Source: a virus
IMG/VR virus record: IMGVR_UViG_3300021963_004854
Span: 32,001 to 96,000 of that record
Direction: 5' to 3' (one strand)
Length of the DNA: 64,000 bases
The position numbers and the translations under genes are program-made. The notes beneath the pieces are model-generated. The model was not told the DNA's origin. It saw nothing but the letters and a program-made list of their open reading frames with translations, and searched no databases. Of this stretch, positions 1 to 11,100 are shown piece by piece. Each line of letters begins with the position of its first letter. Positions within the stretch are counted from its first letter, which is position 1.

Positions 1-639
1 ACATCCAATAATGGTGATGGCGTTAATGACGGCTCAGCTTCTCCGGGTGGTGAAAGCGTAGTTGGTCCATATAATCCTCCGCCAAGTGGACCATATAATA
101 AATCTCCATCCGGTAAGACTTATGCTCTACCCACTGTTACTGGTAAAAATATTCCACAAACACTGCAACTATCAGATCACTATACTGTTAAAGACCTAAT
201 GGCTGGTTCTTACTATAAGGGCTATTATCAGTCAGTGAAGCACTGGGCGGTTCAGGATATTCTTATCAATCTTCAAGCAATGGCAAACCTTGTATTGGAG
301 CCATTGAGACTCAAATATCCAGGCTTCACTATGACTTCTGGGTATAGAACTTATCCATATGCACCTGGTAACGGCGCAAAACTTTCCGCTCACCACATCG
401 GCTGCGGCATCGATTTTCAGTGGCGAGGAAGAAACTATAAGGGTATGCTAGAAGTTGGTAACTGGATCGCAAAAAATATTGCGGTTGACCAAGTAATCTA
501 TGAAGCTCAAAGTTGGATTCACATCGGTCTGTATGCACCAAGTGCATCTGGTAGAAAACAAAGAAGACAGTGGTTTGAATCTGATAAGAATGGTAATTCA
601 ATTAAAGGCAAAATTTATAATGCTGGCATTCGTGTATAA
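1..639 (+). CDS. C-terminal part of a protein with a peptidase M15-like (Zn D-Ala-D-Ala/endolysin-type) domain; probably baseplate hub gp5 (5'-truncated)
   Basis: Frame 1 is open from base 1 into the 199..639 ORF. Motifs LSDHYTVKDL, TSGYR, SAHHIGCGID, WIHIG. Lies directly upstream of gp25. Confidence 0.65.
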   Translation, partial: TSNNGDGVNDGSASPGGESVVGPYNPPPSGPYNKSPSGKTYALPTVTGKNIPQTLQLSDHYTVKDLMAGSYYKGYYQSVKHWAVQDILINLQAMANLVLEPLRLKYPGFTMTSGYRTYPYAPGNGAKLSAHHIGCGIDFQWRGRNYKGMLEVGNWIAKNIAVDQVIYEAQSWIHIGLYAPSASGRKQRRQWFESDKNGNSIKGKIYNAGIRV

Positions 640-642
640 ATA
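635..642 (+). promoter_or_regulatory. T4-type late promoter TATAAATA
   Basis: Exact consensus, 5 nt before the gp25 ATG. Confidence 0.75.
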
Positions 643-647
643 TACTC

Positions 648-1046
648 ATGGCTATAAAACAAGTAAACAAAATATATTCGGATATTGATCTAAACTTCTC
701 GTCACATCCCATAACTGGTGATGTGGCGATGAAGTATGATGTGCAGTCAGTAAAGCAGTCTTTAAAAACATTAATTCTTACTCAATACTATGAGCGTCCT
801 TTTCAGCCAAGATTAGGGTCTCCTATTTACAAATTATTATTTGAGAATTTAGATGTTATTACCGCTAATGCATTGAAGATTCAATTAGAACTATTGATTG
901 CAAAACATGAGCCAAGAATAAAAACACATACGGTAGACGTTCTTCCTTTGTATGATAGTAATTCTTTTAGAGTTGAAATATATTTTCATGTTATAGGAAT
1001 TTCCGAACCAGCAACATATTCAACTATTCTGAGAAGAAGAAGATAA
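648..1046 (+). CDS. gp25: Baseplate wedge subunit gp25
   Basis: YSDIDLNF..HPITGD, SVKQSLKTLILT..YERPFQP.LGS, EPRI motifs; synteny. Confidence 0.92.
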   Translation: MAIKQVNKIYSDIDLNFSSHPITGDVAMKYDVQSVKQSLKTLILTQYYERPFQPRLGSPIYKLLFENLDVITANALKIQLELLIAKHEPRIKTHTVDVLPLYDSNSFRVEIYFHVIGISEPATYSTILRRRR

Positions 1047-1047
1047 A

Positions 1048-2922
1048 ATGGCAGAACTAAATGTCTCCGATCTTGATTTTGACACAATCAAAGAAAATCT
1101 AAAAGGTTATTTGAATTCTCAAACGGAGTTTTCAGACTATAATTTTGATGGTTCTGGTCTGTCCATTTTACTTGATATTCTAGCATACAACACTCACTAC
1201 AATGCTACTCTTGCACACCTTGCAGCAAACGAAATGTTCCTCGACAGCGCGGTGAAAAGAGGTTCTGTAGTATCGATTGCAAAGTCTATGGGCTATACTC
1301 CTAGAAGTATGACTTCTGCTAAAGCAGTCTTAGATATTATCATCACGCCATCTACTTCTTACAACTCGACTTCTCTCACATTAGAAAAGACTGTTGGCTT
1401 TTCTGCCGCAGCTAATGGTAAAGTTTATACATTTTATCCAAAAACTTCACAAACGGCGCAAAAGATTAATGAAGTCTTCACGTTCTATGATGTTGAAGTT
1501 GTAGAGGGTTCGAGACTAAAAAATACATTTACAATTGATCAGGCAACTCTTTCTGGTCCGCTAGTTATTCCTAACTTAAATGTTGACAAATCTTCGTTTA
1601 AAGTTATCGTGCAAGAATCCGCGTCTACTCCTACCGTTGAAACATATTCATACTATGACAGCATTTTAGATGTTGATAGCACATCTAAGGTATTTTATGT
1701 GGATGAAAATCCATACGGACTTTATGAGATTAGATTTGGAGATGGTGTAGTCTCGAAACAACTAACTGTAGGAAATATAGTAACTGTAGAATACATTGTC
1801 TCAAACGGACCAGCAGCAAATTATATTTCTGCATTTAGCATGAATGGCAATTTAACTGGCTCTGGCGAAACTAAACAAATATTCACCAATGTATCCGCAG
1901 CTGGTGGAGCGAATGCGGAAAGCATAGAATCTATTCGCTTAAACGCACCTCTGTATAATGCAGCAAAAAATAGAGCGGTAACAGCAAACGACTACTCGGC
2001 GCTTATCAAATCTCGTTTTGATAATGTAAATTCCGTCATGGTATGGGGCGGCGAAGAAAACGATCCACCAGTATATGGCAAGGTTTTTGTTTCTATCGAT
2101 CCTCTGCCGAATTCTATTATTACTGCTTCTGATAAAGACTTTATTGTTAGAGAAATAATTAAGCCAAGAAGCGTTGTGTCGATTCAAACCGAATTCGTGG
2201 ATCCAATTTATCACTATCTCACGGTAAATGCCACGGTGAGATATGATAGAACAGTCACAACAGCAACTAGCGCAACTATTCAGAGCGCGGTAGATGCGGC
2301 AGTTAGAACATACTTCACAGAAAATCTTAACGCGCTAGAGAAGAATTTTTATTATACAGATTTGATCAAATACATTCAGCGAGTTTCTTCTGCTATCTTC
2401 TCGGTTTCTATCGACCTTAAACTTCATAGAAGAATTGGTATTTACGAAGCCGCAGAAAATGTTCTCGATTTAGTATTCAACACAGAAGTCGAACAAAATT
2501 CTTTCCGTAGTTCCAATTTCTTTACTACAATCGGTTCGGCATCAGCAAAAGTATACCTCACAGATAGAATTGATAATGACCCGTTATCAACCACTGGTGA
2601 TATTGTTGCAAGAAGAGTTGACACAGATGAAATACTTCTACGAAATGTAGGAACAATCAATTACACAAATGGAAAAATTCAAATTCCATCTATCTTCATC
2701 ACAAGCACAGTTGATGAATTTAGATTTTATGTTACTCCAGCTGGTACTGCTCCAGATGTATTGACCGTCGACCTAACCAGAATTGCTGATATTTCGACCG
2801 CTGCCGTATTTCCGTTAGCTGCTAGAAATACAGTTCTTAAATTAGACGACTCAGGTGGAAATACGCTAGAGAATATTTCTGCTGGTCTAATTGTGAATGC
2901 AATTCAAAGTGTTGGTAAGTAA
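1048..2922 (+). CDS. gp6: Baseplate wedge subunit gp6
   Basis: LDFDTIKENL, DYNFDGSGLSILLDILAYNTHY, FGDG, RAVTANDY, WGGEENDPPVYGKVF. Confidence 0.95.
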   Translation: MAELNVSDLDFDTIKENLKGYLNSQTEFSDYNFDGSGLSILLDILAYNTHYNATLAHLAANEMFLDSAVKRGSVVSIAKSMGYTPRSMTSAKAVLDIIITPSTSYNSTSLTLEKTVGFSAAANGKVYTFYPKTSQTAQKINEVFTFYDVEVVEGSRLKNTFTIDQATLSGPLVIPNLNVDKSSFKVIVQESASTPTVETYSYYDSILDVDSTSKVFYVDENPYGLYEIRFGDGVVSKQLTVGNIVTVEYIVSNGPAANYISAFSMNGNLTGSGETKQIFTNVSAAGGANAESIESIRLNAPLYNAAKNRAVTANDYSALIKSRFDNVNSVMVWGGEENDPPVYGKVFVSIDPLPNSIITASDKDFIVREIIKPRSVVSIQTEFVDPIYHYLTVNATVRYDRTVTTATSATIQSAVDAAVRTYFTENLNALEKNFYYTDLIKYIQRVSSAIFSVSIDLKLHRRIGIYEAAENVLDLVFNTEVEQNSFRSSNFFTTIGSASAKVYLTDRIDNDPLSTTGDIVARRVDTDEILLRNVGTINYTNGKIQIPSIFITSTVDEFRFYVTPAGTAPDVLTVDLTRIADISTAAVFPLAARNTVLKLDDSGGNTLENISAGLIVNAIQSVGK

Positions 2923-5900
2923 TGTCTCAGGTACCTTCATACTATAAAAAGGTAGTATCAGCAACAATCGTATCTGGTGGCTCAGGGTATACCTCTGCAC
3001 CGGAAGTTACTTTTGTTGGAGGTAAATCTGGAACATCGAACAGTGCATTTTCGACTGCCGCCGGCACCGCAATAATTCAAAATGGCAGTGTTGTTTCTAT
3101 TGAAATTACAAATGAAGGGTTTGACTATCTTTCTACACCCGAAATTACATTTTCTGGCGGGGGTGGAAATGGTGCATCTGCTACAGCAAATCTATTAACA
3201 ATAGACAGTATCTACGGAGACTTCAAGGGTTCTCTGGGTCATTTGATTCAACATCAAGTCCCATCATTTGTTCGACAAGAATATCCGCAGTTTGTTTTAT
3301 TCCTTGAGAAATACTATCAGTTCTTAGAGCAAGATAATCAAGCTAATAACATTATTTTACAACTTGAATCATTTTCTGATATTCATAGAACATTAGATTT
3401 ATTCATTCCTCAATTTAGATCGCAGTATCTAAAGTATTTTCCTAAAAATACAAGAGTAGATGAAAGACTTCTCATAAAATTCATTAGAGATTTTTATGAG
3501 GCTAAAGGCTCTGAAAAATCTATCAAGTTTTTATTCCGTTTGCTATTTGATGAGAACGTTGAAATTTATTATCCGTCGGAGAATATTCTTCGGGCGTCTG
3601 ACGGTGTTTGGATCACAGACAATGTAATTAGACTTACACCCACGGATGGTGAAAATGTTTTCTCTCTAAAGGGTAAAATTGTCGATGTTGTTAGCTACTT
3701 GTCGATTGGCAGTATTACATCTCAGTTAAAAACCGAAGTAATTATTCTAGATGTTAGAAAACTAGCGTATACATCACCCGCAATCTATGAGCTAATTGTT
3801 GATAGAGACATTTCAAATATTCCAGTTCCTGGATTCGGTGCGACCGCTACAGTTGTTTTGGCGGAAGATTATACAATCGATACGATTGAATTAGATTCTG
3901 CTGGCTTTGGTTATTTTGCTAATCCGGCAATAGTTATAAACTCATATACCGGCACAGGTGGTGCAGCAAAAGCTGTTATCAATTCGTCTGGAAATATATC
4001 CGAAATAATTTTAACAGACCCGGGTTCTAAATACGGCGGCACAACAGCAGGCGGTGAAGACTATTATTTCGATGGTAATAATTTTCTTTCAGATGATGAC
4101 TGGCCGCAGGTTATAGACACAACATTCAGATTTAATTCCGATGACGCAACAGCGGTCACAGAAATTTATGTGAATAAAAATTCTATATATCGTGATAGCT
4201 CCACGTGGCTTGAAGATATTGCAGATCAAATTTCAAATACAGACGATACTGGCTATCTTACTTTATTCTCATCAACAAAGCAATTTCTATATAAAGTTAC
4301 TGCCGCGGCAGTTGATAACACTACATTATACGACTACTGGAAATTCATTGTCGAATATCAATGGGGTACCGATGGTAATTTCTCCAATGCAGAATCTTGC
4401 ACCATCGCTTTCTCGCCAACAATTGTTATTCCTTCTGTAGAATTTTCAACTGATAGCATTTCAACAAGCATTGTTTCGAAGACTACTCCAAATATCAATT
4501 ATGGTAATCTTCTTCGTATTCTAAGTTCGGTTAGCATAGGCGATGACACTCTTGCATCGGGAGAAACTAACTACGGTTTCAAAGAGAATACGATTTATGA
4601 TATCGTGGAATCAGGTTCAACGGGATTATATGCATACTCAGGTTATTTTGCCGGTGACTATGTTCAGCCGGGTATTAACAACAAGGCATCTATCAAGGTA
4701 ATTACTGTTAACGCAAACGGACTACCAACTAAGATTGCCATTGCATTCTCTGGTTATGGATTCCAATCACAAGAATTTACCGCGACGATTACTTCGCCCA
4801 ATGGCAGTCAATTGGATGTAGTTTGTGTAACCGGATCACAATTTACCACGACTGGTAGATTTAAAGATTCTCGCGGATTCCTTTCAGATGCTAATAAACT
4901 TCAAGACAACTACTATTACCAAAACTATTCTTATGTAGTTCGTTCAAGTGTTTCTGCTAGAAACTGGCTAGAAATTGTAAAGAATACAGTTCACCCTGCC
5001 GGTATGGCAATATTCGGCGAATTGATGATCAATCAAAATATTGATTTCAGTCAGAATATAACAGTTCTAGAAGATAAACTTCAACTTTATAGATTCCCAA
5101 TGGATGTTGCAATCGCATCGGTTCAAACATTCTCGTTCGGTGTTGAAATTTTAAAGTCAACTTCTGATACAGCAACACAAAAAGAATTTGACCGTGCTAC
5201 AGATTATCTAGTAGCATTCGCTAAAGTTACTTCCGACCAAACTACAAATTATGATGACCAAACCACCGAAGTTGGAAAGAATGTAGATGATTCTGTTGCC
5301 TCTGCCGACTTCCTTGATAGAGACACAAATATAATTGTCTCATATAATAGAGAGCCAGAAGATGTTGCAACTACAAGCGAAGCTCTTGACTTCGATCTAG
5401 GCACATCTAGAAGTGATACGGCAACACAAAAAGAATTTGACCGTGATGCGGACTATCTAGTAAACTTCTCTAAACTTATAACATATCAAGACGATCTTGA
5501 GCTGGTGGGTGATTATGTATTTGACCCTGCGACTCCGTATTTCGCAGAAAATTATGTCGAAGAACCTGGTCTAGCTCAAATTCTTGTTAACACAATAGAT
5601 GTTACAGATATAGAAACTGGTAAAAATATTAGTGATACCGCGTCAACTATTGCGGACATTGATAATTTCATTGTATATAAAGTTCTTGTAGATACTGTGA
5701 TTGCAACGGATACAATCCAGTCAATTGAACCGATGTTTATGATTCCAAATGATGACCCAATCATCACGGACATTGCTGAAATTACAACACATAAATTCTT
5801 GACTGACGGTGTTACTACTAGCGACACTCATAGTAAAAACATTCTCCAGGCAATTGAGGAAAGTATACCACACGGTGTAAACGAAGATATTAGTATTATT

Positions 5901-6077
5901 GAGCCGGGTAAAGCGGCTCAATCTACTCTTCACACAATGGAACATATATATTCTGATATCAATAAAAACCCAACAGAAACTACAACCACAACTGATACAG
6001 GTCTTATAAATATACAAGACTATTGGTCAGCAGATTTTGCGTCCGGGGATTATGTCGGCGCAGGCTATTCATTTTAA
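2922..6077 (+). CDS. gp7: Baseplate wedge initiator gp7-like
   Basis: FLEKYYQFLE, IRDFYEAKGSEKSIKFLFRLLF, LQDNYYYQNYSYV, VHPAGM; GSGY repeats; follows gp6. Confidence 0.85.
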   Translation: MSQVPSYYKKVVSATIVSGGSGYTSAPEVTFVGGKSGTSNSAFSTAAGTAIIQNGSVVSIEITNEGFDYLSTPEITFSGGGGNGASATANLLTIDSIYGDFKGSLGHLIQHQVPSFVRQEYPQFVLFLEKYYQFLEQDNQANNIILQLESFSDIHRTLDLFIPQFRSQYLKYFPKNTRVDERLLIKFIRDFYEAKGSEKSIKFLFRLLFDENVEIYYPSENILRASDGVWITDNVIRLTPTDGENVFSLKGKIVDVVSYLSIGSITSQLKTEVIILDVRKLAYTSPAIYELIVDRDISNIPVPGFGATATVVLAEDYTIDTIELDSAGFGYFANPAIVINSYTGTGGAAKAVINSSGNISEIILTDPGSKYGGTTAGGEDYYFDGNNFLSDDDWPQVIDTTFRFNSDDATAVTEIYVNKNSIYRDSSTWLEDIADQISNTDDTGYLTLFSSTKQFLYKVTAAAVDNTTLYDYWKFIVEYQWGTDGNFSNAESCTIAFSPTIVIPSVEFSTDSISTSIVSKTTPNINYGNLLRILSSVSIGDDTLASGETNYGFKENTIYDIVESGSTGLYAYSGYFAGDYVQPGINNKASIKVITVNANGLPTKIAIAFSGYGFQSQEFTATITSPNGSQLDVVCVTGSQFTTTGRFKDSRGFLSDANKLQDNYYYQNYSYVVRSSVSARNWLEIVKNTVHPAGMAIFGELMINQNIDFSQNITVLEDKLQLYRFPMDVAIASVQTFSFGVEILKSTSDTATQKEFDRATDYLVAFAKVTSDQTTNYDDQTTEVGKNVDDSVASADFLDRDTNIIVSYNREPEDVATTSEALDFDLGTSRSDTATQKEFDRDADYLVNFSKLITYQDDLELVGDYVFDPATPYFAENYVEEPGLAQILVNTIDVTDIETGKNISDTASTIADIDNFIVYKVLVDTVIATDTIQSIEPMFMIPNDDPIITDIAEITTHKFLTDGVTTSDTHSKNILQAIEESIPHGVNEDISIIEPGKAAQSTLHTMEHIYSDINKNPTETTTTTDTGLINIQDYWSADFASGDYVGAGYSF
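5172..5445 (+). repeat. 25-bp exact direct repeat within gp7 (5172-5196 and 5421-5445)
   Basis: GCAACACAAAAAGAATTTGACCGTG twice; encodes ATQKEFDR. Confidence 0.9.
6005..6012 (+). promoter_or_regulatory. Late promoter TATAAATA
   Basis: Exact consensus in the gp7 3' end, upstream of the 6097 ORF. Confidence 0.65.
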
Positions 6078-6096
6078 ACAAGAAGGTAATTGACAT

Positions 6097-6537
6097 ATGA
6101 TCAAAGAATTTCTCAGCGCAAAGGGTGTTCTATCAATCGCAGTTCGCGATGAAACAGGAGCATTGAAGCAAGAATACGAGGCAACAAATCTTGTTGTCGA
6201 TACTGGTCTTGCTTACATTGCATCCCGTATGAAGGACACATCTAAAACCGCAATGTCTCACATGGCAATCGGTTCGGGTTCAACTGCACCTGCAGCGGGT
6301 AACACAACACTTGGCTCACAACTAGGTCGCGTTGCCCTAACTTCGACTACTGTAACAGCAAACTCAGTAGAGTATATCGCATCATTCCCTGCTGGTACTG
6401 GCACTGGTGCAGTAACAGAAGCTGGCATTCTAAATGCATCATCTGGTGGTGATCTTCTTTGCCGCACAACCTTTGATGTTATCAACAAGGCTGCTGGCGA
6501 CTCGATGACCATCACTTGGACGGTAACTGTAGAATAA
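6097..6537 (+). CDS. Putative virion structural (baseplate/tail) protein
   Basis: NLVVDTG, MAIGSG, GAVTEAGILNA, TITWTVT pattern common in phage tail proteins; AAGGT SD. Confidence 0.65.
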   Translation: MIKEFLSAKGVLSIAVRDETGALKQEYEATNLVVDTGLAYIASRMKDTSKTAMSHMAIGSGSTAPAAGNTTLGSQLGRVALTSTTVTANSVEYIASFPAGTGTGAVTEAGILNASSGGDLLCRTTFDVINKAAGDSMTITWTVTVE

Positions 6538-6551
6538 TAGGTATATAAACT

Positions 6552-8165
6552 GTGCCTATTCTTCTGTGTAATCAGGCTAGAACGGAACTCGCTAGAAGTT
6601 TCTATCGTGACATAGCAAATGAAAATGATTTTTTGTATTTCTATGTTGCTAGAACTCAGGTGTGGAACGACGAAGAGGATCCGGAAACTCCTGTAGATTC
6701 CGTATCTTATATCAATGCGTCTAGAAAAAATATGATGTTAATGCGTAGAGTAACATCTGCGGATGCGGTATTGATGGCGACAAGATATGATTGGGTTTCT
6801 GGTACTGTTTATGATCACTATGATGATAAACTTGGTACCCTAATTGACCCGACAGACCCTGCATCTGAAATCTATACATCATATTCGGGCGCATCCACAC
6901 TTAAAGATGCTATCTTTTATGTCATGACCGATGAATATAATGTGTATAAGTGTTTAGACAATAATAACGATTCTCCTAGCACGGTTCAGCCCACAGGCAC
7001 AGATATATCTACTTTTGAAACCGCAGATGGCTATATTTGGAAGTTTCTATTTAGAGTAGAAACTGCCGATAGAATTAAGTTCCTGACTCCAGACTATATT
7101 CCAGTTCGGAAAATGTCCGGGGTTGGAATTCCTCTGTATGATGTAAACGGCATCATTGATGATATTAATCTAGTAGATGGTGGCTCTGGCTACACTTCGC
7201 CACCAACAATTGTAATTCATGGTGATGGAACAGGTGCAGTTGCTACAGCGACTTTATCTGGCAATTCAGTTGCAAGTATTAACCTCAATAATGCAGGTAG
7301 CGGATATACGTTTGCATATGTTACGTTCGAAAGCTCAAGTGGCGATGGCGCAACTGCCGAAGTTATCTTAGGTGGAATTGATTCGACTACGCCGCAACAA
7401 GATGTTGAAAGCGCCGCAATTGGTGGAACCGTTGATAAGATCAATATTATTAATACGGGCGTGGACTACATTCCGGGTGATGTAATTGTTACGATTTCTG
7501 GAGATGGCTCAGGCGCAGAAGCTATTGCTACCGTAGATGATAATGGCGAAATTGCCGCAATCACGGTTACAGATGTTGGCTCTGGCTACTCATATGCAAA
7601 TGTTACTATAACAAATAACGTAGGGATTGGCACAGGCGCAACCGCAAGAGCGATTGTCTCTCCTCTATATGGTCACGGCGGAAATGCACAGAGAGAACTT
7701 TTTGCTGACAAAGTTTGTATCTCTGTAAATCTAGATAACGATACTTCCGATTATTTCTTTAACAACGATTTTAGACAACTTGGTCTAATTAAGAATGTTA
7801 CTGAATATGAATCTACAAATTATTTTACTGACCAAACAGGCACAACACTTCATAAAATTGAAGTAGATGATATAACAAAATATAATATAGATGATATCGT
7901 TATTACAGATAGCGGTGGTAAATTCACAGTCATCAATATTGACCAAACCAACAATCTAATTGGTCTTTTATCCGATGTTGATCTAATAACATCCGAGAGT
8001 ATAATTACAAATTTGACTACCGGTGATGATAATTTGACTATAAATAGTCTTACTGAGCCTGAAATTGATTCTAAAACTGGTACTGTATTGTATATCGATA
8101 ACAGAACCTATATAATCAGACAGGAAGATCAGGTAGAAAAGATTAGAACTATCTTACAGTTTTAA
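6552..8165 (+). CDS. gp8: Baseplate wedge subunit gp8
   Basis: RYDWVSGTVYDHY, FYVMTDEYNVYKCLDN, DGYIWKFLF, GHGGNAQREL, FRQLGLIKN; GTG start. Confidence 0.9.
   Translation: MPILLCNQARTELARSFYRDIANENDFLYFYVARTQVWNDEEDPETPVDSVSYINASRKNMMLMRRVTSADAVLMATRYDWVSGTVYDHYDDKLGTLIDPTDPASEIYTSYSGASTLKDAIFYVMTDEYNVYKCLDNNNDSPSTVQPTGTDISTFETADGYIWKFLFRVETADRIKFLTPDYIPVRKMSGVGIPLYDVNGIIDDINLVDGGSGYTSPPTIVIHGDGTGAVATATLSGNSVASINLNNAGSGYTFAYVTFESSSGDGATAEVILGGIDSTTPQQDVESAAIGGTVDKINIINTGVDYIPGDVIVTISGDGSGAEAIATVDDNGEIAAITVTDVGSGYSYANVTITNNVGIGTGATARAIVSPLYGHGGNAQRELFADKVCISVNLDNDTSDYFFNNDFRQLGLIKNVTEYESTNYFTDQTGTTLHKIEVDDITKYNIDDIVITDSGGKFTVINIDQTNNLIGLLSDVDLITSESIITNLTTGDDNLTINSLTEPEIDSKTGTVLYIDNRTYIIRQEDQVEKIRTILQF
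8039..8046 (+). promoter_or_regulatory. Late promoter TATAAATA
   Basis: Exact consensus upstream of the 8181 ORF. Confidence 0.65.
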
Positions 8166-8180
8166 GAGAGAATTGAACAC

Positions 8181-11100
8181 ATGGCACTGAATTTAAATGT
8201 TTTTCCTTATTTTGATGATACAGCCGGACTTGCTGGCGCGGATCTAAAAAATTATAATAGAATTCTATTCAAGCCAGGCTATGCAGTTCAAGCAAGAGAG
8301 TTGACTCAACTCCAGTCCGTTCTTCAAGGACAAATTGGTAAATTTGGCAATAAGATTTTTACTAACGGCTCTGTAATCTCGGGCTGCGAAGAAACGTTTG
8401 ATACTCGGTTATCTTATGTGAAAATTATAGACCAGGATTCGAGTGGGAACGAACTATCGAATGACTTATCTGCATATGTAGGAGACGAACTTGTTTCTCC
8501 CACTGGCATGAAAGCAGTCATTGTTGATTACGTTCCTGGGAATACCTCCTCGCAGCCAGATTTAAAAACATTCTATCTAAGATATGTTAGTGGTGATAAC
8601 TCTGATTATTCACACTTCTGGTTAGGCGAAACGCTTGAAGTAGAGTCAACGAATTCGGGTAGAAATGGTGATACGTTCGTAGTAGATTCGACGTATGGTC
8701 TTTCTGGCACATCTGAATATGATGCCGTGGGTCATGCTTCTGTAATGTCTATTAAAGATGGTCTAATTTATTTTGACGACAAATTTGCATATTTTTCTGC
8801 ACAGAATGTAGTAATTTCAAAGTATGCAAATAAAGTAACTGGGGTCGTTGGTTTTGAACTCGAAGAAAGCATTGTAAGCGCCGAAGAAGATCAAACACTT
8901 CTAGATCCTGCACAGGGAACATTTAACTATCTTGCGCCAGGTGCTGATAGACTCAAGCTGACTTTAAATCTAAAGTTCTATCGCTGGGATGAAACACCAC
9001 CTGCCAATTTCGCTGAATATCTAAAAATTCAAGCGGGTGAGGTTCTTCGCAAGAAGGATAACAATAATATCTATGCAGATATTTACGATATGATTGCCAC
9101 CAGAACGTTTGAAGAATCTGGCAACTATACCGTAAAAGCACCAGCACTTCATATCAGAGAACACTTGAACGATGGTTCAAATTACGGTGTATTCACTGCG
9201 GGTGAAGGTGGCGATGCTAGAAAACTTTGGGCTGGCGTTGAAGCATCTACGTTCTATGTTGGCGGAAGAAGACATTCACCTGCTACTACAACACCGCTCG
9301 TTCTATATAAGGGAGTTGATAACGTAGCAATTACGGATCTACCCCTTACTTTCGATTACGGAAATTATGTAGAAGTAAATCAGCTTGCTGGTGTATGGAG
9401 CATTAGTGCAGGTACCCTAGTAACTCTATACGACGAAGCAAATACTGTTGTTACAGATGGGACGTTCTCGAATTCCACTGTTACTGGCACTGCTATTGGT
9501 ACCGCCAGAGTCCGTCAACTTGTCTATGTGTCTGGTACTCCTGGTGCTGCAAATGCCGTCTACAGAATGTATCTGTATGATGTGACAATGACAACTGGTG
9601 CGTTCTCAGACGTTGGATGTGTATATTACAATAACGGCACTGCAAAGGGCTTTGCAGATGTTATCAGCGGCACACTAGTTGATAGCAATTATGACCGCTC
9701 TCTAATTAGATTCCCATTCCGTGCGCTTAAAACAACGAAGCCGGATGGTACCACATTTAATAACAATTTCTTATACACGAAAGAAATTGATGGTCAGATC
9801 GACACTAACGGGTCAATTACACTAAACGTTTCTGGAAAAGAAAGATTCCAGACAGGTACAAGTGGAACATTCCTAAAAGAGAACTATATTATGGTTCTCG
9901 GTGCAAACGTTACGCTTGATGGCACATTGCGATACAAGGGTGAGTTTGTAAATCTTTCATCGGCAACGGCAACTGTTGGTGGTGGTGGAACTTCTCTCAC
10001 TATCGATCTTCCTGGCACAGCTTCCGCAATTACAGCGGTAAAAGTTTATGCTAACATTTCAGTTAGCAATGGTGACCCAACTCTAAAGCAATTGCGCGAA
10101 AATATATACGTTAAGGTAGATACGGCAACTGCTGGTGCGAGTGGAACATATCCATTAGGCTTCTCAGATGTTTATAGAATTGTTTCTATTAAGATGGGCG
10201 CATCTAGTGCGCTTTATGAGACTATTGCCGCGTCTGGTCAAGATGTAACTTCTGAATTTTTACTAGATACTGGTCAGACCGATACCCTTTATAAAACATC
10301 AAAAATTGTAAAGAAAGCTACAAGTTCTCTCGGCAGCTTGGCTAATAAGAAACTGGTCATCAAGCTAGACTACTTCACCCATGACGGCAACTCGCCATCT
10401 GGGACTTTCTTCACAATTGATTCATATCCAATTGATGATACTGGTGTAGCTGCTGGCACAATTAAGACGCAAGATATTCCAACGTATCTTTCTCCTACGA
10501 CAAAAGAAACATACGATCTAAGAGATGTTTTAGATTATCGTGGAAGAATTGCTGATACTGCTTCAAGAACTACAGTTCTGGCCGATGCATCGGAGAATCC
10601 AACTGTTGGTACTGCACTATCGACACCTGTAGTTGGTTACACTTCTCCGGTAGTTAATACAGATTTCACGACAGACGTTTCATATTATCTTGCCAGACAA
10701 GATAGAATTGTTGTGGGTCTAACTGGTGAATTCAGAGTCATCACTGGTACATCAAGTATTACACCTGTTGTTCCTGTTGAGCCTGAAAATACGATGACAG
10801 TTGCTACTGTCTATATTCCGCCTTATCCATCACTCTCGGCTCAAGCGGCAACACTAGCAAATAGATCAGATTATACTGTTTCCTCGACTGCGGTTGAAAA
10901 CAGACGATATACAATGCGTGATATTGGCGCACTGGAAAAGAGAATCAATCGTCTAGAATATTATGCATCTCTATCTCTCCTGGAGCAATCTGCGGCTTCG
11001 ATGACCGTTCCAGATGCAAATGGTTTAGATCGTTTTAAGAATGGTATTCTAGTAGATTCGTTCATGGGACACAACATTGGTAATGTGTATGATGGAAATT

